Shown here: positions 18,787 through 27,580 of the stretch, in pieces
Layout of the letters: every line of letters starts with the position of its first letter
How positions within the stretch are numbered: position 1 is the first letter of the stretch
Made by a program: the position numbers and the translations under genes
The notes under the pieces: model-generated
What the model was told of the DNA's origin: nothing
The model's input: only the letters and a program-made list of their open reading frames with translations
Database searches by the model: none
Source: an uncultured Myxococcales bacterium
Lineage (GTDB): Bacteria > Myxococcota > B64-G9
Assembly (NCBI GenBank): GCA_964513625.1
Contig: CAZENH010000032.1
Span: forward strand, 1-64,000
DNA length: 64,000 bases
Direction: 5' to 3'

Positions 18787-21700
18787 ATGGAATTCGCTAT
18801 TGACGCTGCCAGGCTCTGGAGATCATCGGGTGCCGTGCTGGTGTTGATTGCCGGCTTGTTGGCCTGTGGTCGGCAGGGTTACCAACCGCAAGTGACTTCC
18901 TGCGACGGTGTCGACTGCTCGGGGCACGGAGATTGCGTCGAGGCTGACGGGAAGGCGGTTTGCATCTGCGACAATGGCTACCGGGCCGAGGGGCCCGAGT
19001 GCATCAAGGAGTCCACCGATAATCCCTGCCTGGGAGTCACCTGCTCGGGTTACGGCACCTGCGCCGTGCGTGACGAGGAAGCCTGGTGCGTGTGCGCCGA
19101 GGGCTATCATAACGAGGGCCAGACCAACTGCGTAGCCGACGTGCGGCCCTGCCAGGGGGCGGACGGGACCGAGTGCGACGACGGGCAATTCTGCACGGTT
19201 GACGATCGTTGCATGGGCGGGGTGTGCGCGGGCGTGGCCAACGACTGCGACGACGGCAATTCATGCTCGGTGGATACTTGTAACGAGGTTGACGATGTTT
19301 GCATAAACACCCTGGCGCCGGATGGCGTGCCCTGCGATGACGGGGCTTACTGCACGCTGGGCGAGACCTGCTCGGGCGGCACCTGCACCGGCGGTCTTGC
19401 ACGTAACTGCTCGGACGGCAATCCCTGTTCGGCGGATAGCTGTGACGACGAGACGGATTCGTGTATCAATGCCGCCGTCGGCGACGGGACGGCTTGCAAC
19501 GACGGGGCATACTGCACGACCGGCGAGAGTTGTACCGCCGGGGTGTGCGCCGGCGGCTCGCCGATCGATTGCACGGACGGCAACGTGTGCACAAGCGATG
19601 TCTGCGACGAGAGCATCGACGCCTGTGTCAACCCGCCGCTTGTGGACGGGACGCCCTGCGACGACGGAGCCTATTGCACCGTGGGAGACGTCTGCGCCGG
19701 CGGAAGTTGCGTCGGGGCCAGTGCCCGCGATTGCTCCGACGGCGACCAGTGCTCGTCGGACGCCTGCGACGACAACCTCGACCAGTGCGTACACAACGCG
19801 GTGCCCAACGGAACGATTTGTAACGACGGGCAGTTCTGTACCATAGCCGAAATCTGCACGGGAGGCGCTTGCACGGGCGGGCAGGCCCGTGATTGCTCGG
19901 ACGGTAATCCATGCACGATCGATACATGCAACGATTTGGGCGATACCTGTGATCACGCCAACGAGGCCAACGGAACTTCGTGCGACGACGGCCTCTATTG
20001 TACGCTGGGAGACAGTTGTACCAACGGAGTTTGCGGAGGCACGGCCAGGAACTGCGACGACGGAGACGTCTGCACGCTCGACTCGTGCGACGAGGACGGC
20101 GACGCCTGCATCGGCGACACGGCCGCGATGAACGGAGCCGGCTGCGACGACGGGCAATATTGCACGGTGGCAGACACCTGCTCCGGGGGAACCTGCACGG
20201 GCAGCCCCAACCAGTGCGACGACGGCAACGCCTGCACCGCCGACTCCTGCAACGAGGGAAGCAAGCAGTGCGTCAACACGGCGGTCGCCAACGGAGCCGC
20301 TTGCGACGACGGGCAGTACTGCACCGTGGGGGATGTCTGTACCGGTGGAGTTTGCGGCGGCTCTGCGCGTGACTGCACCGACGCCAGCGTCTGCACGGCC
20401 GACAGCTGCAACGAGGTGACCGACAGCTGCAACAACCTGCCGGTGGCCAACGGCACGGCCTGCGACGACGGCCAGTACTGCACAGTGGCCGAGACCTGCA
20501 ACGGGGGAGTGTGCGGGGGCGGGGCAGCCCGGAACTGCTCCGACGGCAACCAGTGTACGGCCGACAGCTGCGACGACGGCATTGACCAGTGCGTCAACCA
20601 GAACGAACCTGCGGGGACGGCCTGTGACGACAATGCTTACTGCACGGTTGGGGAGACCTGCTCGAACGGTTCCTGCTCCGGTGGCTCGTCCCGCAACTGT
20701 GCCGACACCAACGATTGCACGCTGGACGTATGCAACGAGGGCACGGATGCCTGCGACCACCCGGCCGTGGTGGACGGGACACCCTGCGACGACGGGCAGT
20801 ACTGTACCCTGGGAGACAATTGCGCCGGAGGAGTGTGCGGCGGCGCTCCGAACCCGTGCGACGACGGCAACGCCTGTACGGCCGATAACTGCGACGATGT
20901 CAACGACATCTGTGTGGGAACACCGGTAGTGGACGGGACGCCCTGCGACGACGGGCAGTTCTGCACGCTGGGTGAGACGTGCAACTCGGGCGCTTGTTCG
21001 GGCGGCAGTCCGCGCAATTGCTCGGACGGAAACCCCTGCACGGCGGACAGCTGCGACGACGGAGCCAACCAGTGCGTCAACAATCCGGTGGGAAACGGGA
21101 CGCCCTGCGACGACGGGGCCTACTGCACGGAGGGGGAAGCCTGCAACGGCGGAGTGTGCGGGGGCGGCAGCATGCGAGACTGCACCGACGGCGACGTCTG
21201 CACTCAGGACGTGTGCGACGAAGCGGTCGATGCCTGTCTGCACCTGGCGTCAGGTGCGAACGGCACGCCCTGCGACGACGGACAATACTGCACCATGGGA
21301 GACGTGTGTTCCGGTGGCGTTTGCACGGGCAGTGGCGTGCGCGATTGTTCGGACGGGAACGTCTGCACACTTGATAGTTGCAACGACGGGACGAACCAGT
21401 GCGATCATGATGCGGCGGCGGCCAACGGCAATGCCTGCGACGACGGGCAGTTTTGCACGACCGCTGACTCTTGTAGTTCGGGATCTTGCGTGGGTGGACC
21501 AGCGCGCAACTGCTCGGACGGCAACGCCTGTACAACCGATTCATGTAATGAAGGCAGCGACGTATGTGTCAACGACGCCGCTGCGGCCGACGGCAGCGCC
21601 TGCGATGACGGGTCTTACTGCACCCAGGCGACGACCTGTAGCGGCGGGTTTTGCAGCGGGGGCAATCCCAGAAATTGCGCCGATGCGCTGCCCTGCACGG

Positions 21701-24264
21701 CCGACTCGTGCAACGATGTCACCGACCAGTGCGAGCACAATCCGGTGACTGACGGGACGGGCTGCGACGACGGACAGTTCTGCACGGTGGCCGAGAGTTG
21801 CACAGGCGGTGTGTGCGGGGGCGGCAGCCCGCGCAACTGCTCGGACGGCAACCAGTGCACCGCCGACAGTTGTAACGACGGCCTGGATATTTGTGAACAC
21901 GACTCGGTGACGATGAATGGTGCCGGCTGCGATGATGGACAGTACTGCGTTGACGGCGAGACTTGTAATGCGGGCATATGCGGGGGCGGCGGCCCGCGGG
22001 ACTGCTCGGACGGCAACCTGTGCACAGCCGATAGCTGCAACGAAGGGACAAGTTCCTGTGACCACGATGCCGCAGCGATGGACAGCGCGCCATGTGGCAC
22101 CGGCAACTTCTGTTTGATTGGTGAGACCTGCAACTCCGGCGTCTGCGGCGGCGGTTCGGTCAGGCCCTGTGACGACGGCAACCCCTGCACCCAGAACAAC
22201 TGCAACGTCGATCACTGCGACAACCCGGATGTCGCGGACGGAACCGGCTGTCAGGACGGCCTGTTCTGCACCGCCGGCGACAGCTGTTCAGCCGGTGTCT
22301 GCCAGCCCGGGGGCGGAGACCCCTGTAGCGGCAACCCGTGTGCCAATAACTGCGTGGAGGCGACAGACACCTGCGGCGGCTGCGCTCCTGCCGGCACGGT
22401 GTGCTATAGCCCTGTACAGGAAGCGACCTGTGACGGGGCCTGCAATATTACGGAGCTTCTTACCTGCGGTTACGGATGCAACGTCGCCCGCCAGGAGTGC
22501 AACCAGTGTTCACCGAGCACAACCGAGTGCAAGGGAGACGCCGAGTACCTGTGCAACGCCGAGTTCGTCTGCGATGCAGACGGGCTGCTGCAATCCAAGA
22601 CCTGCTGTTTCACCAACCGCTGCGCTTGCGACGGCAGCATGTGTCTCGAGGACCTGTGCGCCGCGGCGCCGGACATGAGCGCCGGAGGCAACCTGTCGGG
22701 CACGACTTGCGACAACGACGATCACATTCCCGGCGACTGTTACCCGGGCGGGGCGGCTTGCAAGTCGGTGGCCGGGGGCGGGGCGCCGGAGGAAATGTTC
22801 CAGTTCACGCTGGACGACGGGACGGGCGATTCGAAGTTCTACACGGTGACGCTGGACAGCGGAACATCGGCGCTGGACACGACGCTCAGGGTGTCGACGA
22901 TCTGTGGTAGCGAGACAGCGCAGGTTCCAACGGCGGACGTGTGTGGAGCGCCCGGAGTGGAGCCCGACTGGGGCTGTTCCGAACAATCCGGGCCGGAGAC
23001 GATGACGCTGTGCGGGCTGCCGGAGGGCTCGTATTACGGAGCGGTGGACAGCCCGGCGGGCGCCTGCGGTAACTACTCGATGGACGTAAGCACAGCGCAG
23101 GTGAACCTCGATACAGGACCGCAGGCCGGGAACATCTCGATGGGCGGGACTTTTGGCGGCAACACCTGCGCGCTTTCGGACAACTTTTCGTACCCCGACA
23201 ACATACTGTGGGGCAAGGGCGGCTGCGGCGACTGTGTCAACCTGGGAGGCGGCAGCTATGACTGTCCCGCCTGCGGGGTGGCGGCGGCGACCGACTGCAC
23301 GCTGTCACCGAACTCGGACCAGGATCGCTGCACCTACAGCGGGGAAGGAAGCAAGGACGCGGTATTCTACCTGGCGCTCGAGTACCAGACGGGCATCGAC
23401 ATCTCGACCGATGGGTCCGACTTCGACACTGTGCTTTATATCATGGAGACCGGGCCGTCCGGGGCCAGCCCTCCCGGGGCGCGCAGGATCTGCAACGACG
23501 ATTGCAAGGTTATCGACGGGCCTTCACACATCCAGACCTCGCTGGCGCCCGGGTTGTACTACGTCTACCTGGACGGAGCCGGGGGGGCCTGCGGCAACTA
23601 CACGCTAAGCGTGATCGTATCACCGGCGGCCCACTGCGAGAACCACGTTTGCGAGGTTCCCTACGAGAGTTGCGCCAAGTGCCCGATAGACTGCACATGT
23701 CCGAACTGCGGGGACGGGACGATCGATCCGGCCGAAGAGTGCGACGACAACAACACCGGCAACGGCGACGGGTGCTCGGACGTATGCGGCATAGAGAATG
23801 GTTACAACTGTGTGGGTGAGCCCAGCCAGTGCGGGGTGCTGGTGTATCAGACATCGAACTGCGCCTGCGCGATACCGGATTGCAGTGCAGGCGGGCCGGT
23901 CGGCTCGGCCTGCGACACCAGCGACTACGGGACGAAGACGGACACTATCAGCGTGCCGGGCTCGTGCACCGTCCTGGACGTGAACGTCGACATGAACATC
24001 AGCCACACCTGGCGAGGGGACCTGTCGATAGATTTGCAGTCGCCGAGTGGCACGACGGTGACGTTAAAGGCGCAGGACGTGGGAGACAGCGGCACCGACG
24101 TGATCGGCAACTTCGACATCAGCCTGCCGGTGGACGGGCCGGGTGCGCTTTCTGACTTCAACGGCGACACCGGCAACGGCAACTGGACGCTGACCATCCA
24201 CGACTGGTGGAAAGGCGACTCGGGCACCCTCAACTCCTGGGGCCTGCACCTGACCTGCCAGTAA
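18787..24264 (+). CDS. Giant secreted cysteine-rich repeat protein (1825 aa) with about 21 tandem ~53-aa repeats, two pre-peptidase-C-terminal-like domains, a Myxococcus cysteine-rich repeat and a C-terminal proprotein convertase P-domain
   Basis: Signal/TM segment near the N-terminus. The composite repeat is CDDGxYCTxGExCxxGxCxGGxxRxC + SDGNxCTxDSCxExxDxCxHxxxxxGTx, where the second half resembles the Dictyostelium CTDC repeat. Two PPC-like modules end in GNYSMDVS and GNYTLSVIV. CPNCGDGTIDPAEECDDNNTGNGDGCSDVC matches a myxo-type disulfide repeat. The final 110 aa is a P-domain (GDLSIDLQSPSGTTVTL...WTLTIHD). Confidence 0.8.
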   Translation: MEFAIDAARLWRSSGAVLVLIAGLLACGRQGYQPQVTSCDGVDCSGHGDCVEADGKAVCICDNGYRAEGPECIKESTDNPCLGVTCSGYGTCAVRDEEAWCVCAEGYHNEGQTNCVADVRPCQGADGTECDDGQFCTVDDRCMGGVCAGVANDCDDGNSCSVDTCNEVDDVCINTLAPDGVPCDDGAYCTLGETCSGGTCTGGLARNCSDGNPCSADSCDDETDSCINAAVGDGTACNDGAYCTTGESCTAGVCAGGSPIDCTDGNVCTSDVCDESIDACVNPPLVDGTPCDDGAYCTVGDVCAGGSCVGASARDCSDGDQCSSDACDDNLDQCVHNAVPNGTICNDGQFCTIAEICTGGACTGGQARDCSDGNPCTIDTCNDLGDTCDHANEANGTSCDDGLYCTLGDSCTNGVCGGTARNCDDGDVCTLDSCDEDGDACIGDTAAMNGAGCDDGQYCTVADTCSGGTCTGSPNQCDDGNACTADSCNEGSKQCVNTAVANGAACDDGQYCTVGDVCTGGVCGGSARDCTDASVCTADSCNEVTDSCNNLPVANGTACDDGQYCTVAETCNGGVCGGGAARNCSDGNQCTADSCDDGIDQCVNQNEPAGTACDDNAYCTVGETCSNGSCSGGSSRNCADTNDCTLDVCNEGTDACDHPAVVDGTPCDDGQYCTLGDNCAGGVCGGAPNPCDDGNACTADNCDDVNDICVGTPVVDGTPCDDGQFCTLGETCNSGACSGGSPRNCSDGNPCTADSCDDGANQCVNNPVGNGTPCDDGAYCTEGEACNGGVCGGGSMRDCTDGDVCTQDVCDEAVDACLHLASGANGTPCDDGQYCTMGDVCSGGVCTGSGVRDCSDGNVCTLDSCNDGTNQCDHDAAAANGNACDDGQFCTTADSCSSGSCVGGPARNCSDGNACTTDSCNEGSDVCVNDAAAADGSACDDGSYCTQATTCSGGFCSGGNPRNCADALPCTADSCNDVTDQCEHNPVTDGTGCDDGQFCTVAESCTGGVCGGGSPRNCSDGNQCTADSCNDGLDICEHDSVTMNGAGCDDGQYCVDGETCNAGICGGGGPRDCSDGNLCTADSCNEGTSSCDHDAAAMDSAPCGTGNFCLIGETCNSGVCGGGSVRPCDDGNPCTQNNCNVDHCDNPDVADGTGCQDGLFCTAGDSCSAGVCQPGGGDPCSGNPCANNCVEATDTCGGCAPAGTVCYSPVQEATCDGACNITELLTCGYGCNVARQECNQCSPSTTECKGDAEYLCNAEFVCDADGLLQSKTCCFTNRCACDGSMCLEDLCAAAPDMSAGGNLSGTTCDNDDHIPGDCYPGGAACKSVAGGGAPEEMFQFTLDDGTGDSKFYTVTLDSGTSALDTTLRVSTICGSETAQVPTADVCGAPGVEPDWGCSEQSGPETMTLCGLPEGSYYGAVDSPAGACGNYSMDVSTAQVNLDTGPQAGNISMGGTFGGNTCALSDNFSYPDNILWGKGGCGDCVNLGGGSYDCPACGVAAATDCTLSPNSDQDRCTYSGEGSKDAVFYLALEYQTGIDISTDGSDFDTVLYIMETGPSGASPPGARRICNDDCKVIDGPSHIQTSLAPGLYYVYLDGAGGACGNYTLSVIVSPAAHCENHVCEVPYESCAKCPIDCTCPNCGDGTIDPAEECDDNNTGNGDGCSDVCGIENGYNCVGEPSQCGVLVYQTSNCACAIPDCSAGGPVGSACDTSDYGTKTDTISVPGSCTVLDVNVDMNISHTWRGDLSIDLQSPSGTTVTLKAQDVGDSGTDVIGNFDISLPVDGPGALSDFNGDTGNGNWTLTIHDWWKGDSGTLNSWGLHLTCQ
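19160..22330 (+). repeat. Tandem array of ~159-165-nt coding repeats (about 21 units) inside the giant Cys-rich gene
   Basis: The motif tgcgacgacgggcagtactgcac recurs at about 20131, 20296, 20458, 20620, 20776, 20941, 21103, 21268, 21433, 21763 and 21922, at roughly 162-nt spacing. Confidence 0.8.
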
Positions 24265-25033
24265 GGGAATCGCCGAACCCGGCCACGACGATCTGCGTCA
24301 GGCCCGAGCCGTCGAATGTCTCGCCCGAGAATGTACCCAGACGCTCGACAATCTCGAAGCCGGAAAGGGAAAGCAGGCGCTCGATCTCGGCCGGCGGGTA
24401 CATGCGCAACCGCAACCGGCATCTGAACCTGGGCGAGTCGGCATCCTGCGGTTCATAGGAAAAGACGGTTTCGCTGATGCGGCTTGGCGGATCGTAACGG
24501 TGCCGCTCGCTCTGCAGGTAGGTCACCCCGCGCAGTCGGAACTCCCGAATCGGCATTCCATCGGCAGCGCCGTAAGCTTCGAGTAACTCCCCGCGCGGGT
24601 TGCTGACGTCGAAAAACAGGCGGCCACCCTCGGCCAGGTGCTCGCGGACGCAAAAAAGGCAGGCCAGCATCTCGTCGTCTGTGACCAGGTGCATCAGGCC
24701 GTTCAGCGGAATGCTTACCGAGCGATAGCGGAAGGGCAAAGAAAAAGCCCGCATGTCTCCCTGATAGAAGGCACTGCGCTCGGTCATCTCTTTCCTCATC
24801 AGGACGGCGCGAGAGCGCGCGGCATCCAGCATCACAGGTGAGCTGTCCAGACCGTCCACTTTCAGGCCCCGGGCGGCCAGCTGAAACAGCACCCGCCCGC
24901 TGCCGCAGCCGAGCACCAGCGCCGGGTCACCGAGCTCGCTCGCGCGTCGCGCGTACCAGTCACAGTCTGCGGCCAAGAAAGCGTACTCGGCATCGTAGCG
25001 CTCGGGATCGTCGTAATAGCCGACCTCTTGCAT
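24230..25033 (-). CDS. Class I SAM-dependent methyltransferase
   Basis: Motif I VLGCGSGRVLFQLAARGLKVDGLDSSPVMLDAA. The start is taken at internal MQEVGYYDD because the longer ORF runs into the neighbouring gene. The 3' end overlaps the convergent giant gene by 35 nt. Confidence 0.65.
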   Translation of the reverse strand: MQEVGYYDDPERYDAEYAFLAADCDWYARRASELGDPALVLGCGSGRVLFQLAARGLKVDGLDSSPVMLDAARSRAVLMRKEMTERSAFYQGDMRAFSLPFRYRSVSIPLNGLMHLVTDDEMLACLFCVREHLAEGGRLFFDVSNPRGELLEAYGAADGMPIREFRLRGVTYLQSERHRYDPPSRISETVFSYEPQDADSPRFRCRLRLRMYPPAEIERLLSLSGFEIVERLGTFSGETFDGSGLTQIVVAGFGDSLTGRSGAGPRS

Positions 25034-25127
25034 GAGACGATTCTTGCCCGAAACAGCTCCACTTGCAAGACACCCGGACTGAGTGTTATCTTGCCGCCCG
25101 GACAGAAAGAGACGGAGGATACTTATC

Positions 25128-25931
25128 ATGCGATCGACTACCAGAGTTATAACGGCGCTTATCATCGTCCTGGGGTTGTCCCTGGGCGGCATGGCCGGCT
25201 GCGCCAAAGTGGACGCCGGTTACGGGGGCGTATTGTGGACGGCCTTTTCGGGAACCCAGCCGGACAAGTACACAGAGGGCTGGTACTTCGTGGCCCCCTG
25301 GAACAAGATGTTCTCTTATTCGCTGCGCACCCAGGACAGCATGGAGGTGCTGCACGTACTGGCCAACAACGGGCTCTCGATCACTCTCGAGACGTCGATT
25401 CGTTTCCGGCCAAATCCAGCCAAGCTGTCCGTGCTGCACGAGACGCTGGGGCCCGACTACTACAAAGTGATCATCTCGCCGACCCTGCGTTCGGAGGCCC
25501 GCAAGGTGGGCGGGCGCTACAACCCGGAGGAGATCTATTCCACCAAGCGCGACGTGGTAGAGTCGGAGATCTTCGGCGAGGTCAAGAAATCTCTGGCCGA
25601 CCGGCCGCTGATCCTCGAGGCAATTTTAGTGCGCAACGTCGACCTGCCCGACAAGCTCAAGACGGCCATCAACGACAAGCTCGAGGAAGAGCAACGCTCG
25701 TTGAAGATGAGGTTCACACTCAGCCGCGAGCGCCAGGAGGCCGAGCGCAAGAGCATCGAGGCCAAGGGCATCGCCGATCGCAACCGGATCATCACCGAAA
25801 GCATCAGCGACAAGCTGCTGCGCTACGAGGGCATCCAGGCCACCGAACGCCTGGCCAAGTCGAAAAACGCCAAGGTTGTGGTGATCGGCGGCGGAAAGGA
25901 CGGGATGCCGCTGATCCTCGGAGGCCAGTGA
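25128..25931 (+). CDS. SPFH/band-7 (prohibitin/HflC-like) membrane protein
   Basis: N-terminal TM anchor, then an SPFH-domain pattern (GWYFVAPWNKMFSYSLRTQD...). GGAGG lies 9 nt upstream of the ATG. The C-terminal region is coiled-coil-like. Confidence 0.8.
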   Translation: MRSTTRVITALIIVLGLSLGGMAGCAKVDAGYGGVLWTAFSGTQPDKYTEGWYFVAPWNKMFSYSLRTQDSMEVLHVLANNGLSITLETSIRFRPNPAKLSVLHETLGPDYYKVIISPTLRSEARKVGGRYNPEEIYSTKRDVVESEIFGEVKKSLADRPLILEAILVRNVDLPDKLKTAINDKLEEEQRSLKMRFTLSRERQEAERKSIEAKGIADRNRIITESISDKLLRYEGIQATERLAKSKNAKVVVIGGGKDGMPLILGGQ

Positions 25932-25933
25932 GC

Positions 25934-26332
25934 ATGTTCCGGGCGGTTGACTTTTTGGCCTGCCTGTCGCTGCTTGCGCCGCTGGCCGCCTGCGGAGACC
26001 AGGGGCCGGACGAGACCCCTCCGGGGATCGAGTCGACCGTCCCGGCCGACAGCGCAGGCGGAGTAGCCTCCGACACCGACCTGGTCATTCAGTTCGACGA
26101 GGCCATCGACCGCAACTCGATCAATGACACTATCTTTCACGCCGCCCAGGGCCAGCAGTCGCTCTTCGGCCAGGTCAGCTACGATCTAAACCGTCATCTG
26201 GCGACCCTGTCGCTTTCGATCGATCTGCAGGCCGGGGTCACCTACCAGGGCGTGCTCGAACCGGGCGTTAAGGATCTTCTCGGCAACCGCCGCGCCGAGG
26301 TATTCCGCTGGTCGTTCACGGTCGCCGAGTGA
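25934..26332 (+). CDS. Small lipoprotein with Ig-like (Big_5/SbsA-like) domain
   Basis: Start MFRAV with a GGAGG RBS. Lipobox LAPLAACG. Pattern VPADSAGGVASDTDLVIQFDEAIDRNSIND. Confidence 0.5.
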   Translation: MFRAVDFLACLSLLAPLAACGDQGPDETPPGIESTVPADSAGGVASDTDLVIQFDEAIDRNSINDTIFHAAQGQQSLFGQVSYDLNRHLATLSLSIDLQAGVTYQGVLEPGVKDLLGNRRAEVFRWSFTVAE

Positions 26333-26345
26333 CCAAGGAGACTTA

Positions 26346-27374
26346 ATGGCCAAACGATCGAACGGCTACCGGGTAGCAGTCTGCGGCGCCACGGGAGTCG
26401 TGGGCGTCGAGATGGTGCGAGTCCTGGCCGAGCGCTCCTTCCCGGTGGCCGATCTGCGGCTGCTGGCATCGGAACGCTCGGTTGGCGAAGAGCAGACTTT
26501 TCAAGGAAGCGAGGTACGCGTCGAGGCGCTTGAAGAGAACTCGTTTTCGGGCATGGACATCGCCCTTTTCTCCGCGGGCTCGGATGTGTCGCGGACATAT
26601 GCTCCGCTTGCGGCCCGGGCCGGATGTGTGGTGATAGACAACACCAGCGCTTTTCGAATGGAGCCAGACGTGCCGCTGGTAGTGCCCGAGGTGAACCCCG
26701 AGGCTCTTTGTGACTATGCCCGGCGCAGCATCATCGCCAATCCGAATTGTTCGACCATTCAGATGGTGCTAGTGCTGAAGCCGATCGACGATGCGGTGGG
26801 CATCCGGCGCGTGGTGGTCTCGACCTACCAGTCGGTCAGCGGGGCCGGGCGGCGGGGTATCGCCGAGCTCGAATCACAGACTCTTTCGCTGTTCAACCTG
26901 AAGCCCATGGAGTGCGAGCGCTTCCCCCGCCAGATCGCCTTCAACTGCCTGCCGCACATAGACGTGTTCGGTCCGGACGGCTACACTTTTGAAGAACGCA
27001 AGATGATCCAGGAAACCCACAAGATCATGGGCCGGGATGATCTGCGCCTGACCGCGACCACGGTCAGGGTGCCGGTGTTCTACGGCCACTCCGAGGCGCT
27101 CAATATCGAGACCGAGAAAAAGCTCTCGGCTGACGAGGCCAGGAAGCTGCTGGACCGGGCGCCCGGCCTGCGGGTGGTCGACTCTCCGAGCGAGGCGCTC
27201 TATCCCACCGTGCTCGACGCGGTCGGCGGCGACGACACCCTGGTGGGCCGCATCCGCGAAGACCCGTCCGTAGAGTGCGGTCTCGACATGTGGGTGGTGT
27301 CCGACAACATCCGCAAGGGAGCGGCCTTGAATGCCGTCCAGATCGCCGAGTTGCTGATTCGCGACTACATGTGA
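26346..27374 (+). CDS. asd: Aspartate-semialdehyde dehydrogenase
   Basis: N-terminal VAVCGATGVVG Rossmann motif and active-site region NPNCSTIQMV. AAGGAG RBS. The length is typical for Asd. Confidence 0.9.
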   Translation: MAKRSNGYRVAVCGATGVVGVEMVRVLAERSFPVADLRLLASERSVGEEQTFQGSEVRVEALEENSFSGMDIALFSAGSDVSRTYAPLAARAGCVVIDNTSAFRMEPDVPLVVPEVNPEALCDYARRSIIANPNCSTIQMVLVLKPIDDAVGIRRVVVSTYQSVSGAGRRGIAELESQTLSLFNLKPMECERFPRQIAFNCLPHIDVFGPDGYTFEERKMIQETHKIMGRDDLRLTATTVRVPVFYGHSEALNIETEKKLSADEARKLLDRAPGLRVVDSPSEALYPTVLDAVGGDDTLVGRIREDPSVECGLDMWVVSDNIRKGAALNAVQIAELLIRDYM

Positions 27375-27515
27375 TCCTGCTTGACAAAATGGCACGCGGC
27401 GAGCGCCGCGTACAGGGCTTGTGACAAAAGGTCACCGCATTCACCAAGGCCGCCCCTGCGTGCTGGTATCTTCTTGTTATAACAATAGAAAATATTGAAC
27501 AGATGTGTATACTGA

Positions 27516-27530
27516 TGGCACGTTCCTTGC
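27516..27530 (+). promoter_or_regulatory. Candidate sigma-54 (-24/-12) promoter TGGCACG-N4-TTGCG
   Basis: aTGGCACGttccTTGCG has exactly 10 nt between the GG and GC dinucleotides. It lies 51 nt upstream of the 27581 start codon. Confidence 0.5.
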
Positions 27531-27580
27531 GTAGTATTCGAATAACGTGTAAGAGAAGTTGCTAACGAAAGGCAGTCATC

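Noticed and set aside
19261-21243. Long minus-strand ORFs (660 aa, 212 aa, 224 aa and others) and many 60-260-aa ORFs in other frames inside the giant Cys-rich gene
   Set aside because: They are mirror or out-of-frame ORFs produced by the GC-rich periodic repeat (Arg/Ala/Pro/Gly-rich low-complexity translations). They have no RBS or domain signal, and the + strand frame carries a coherent domain architecture.
25028-26332. 434-aa ORF overlapping the SPFH gene in another frame
   Set aside because: Most of it translates to Arg/Gly/Pro-rich low-complexity sequence. Only the last 133 aa, from the internal MFRAV start with its own RBS and lipobox, look real and were annotated separately (25934-26332).
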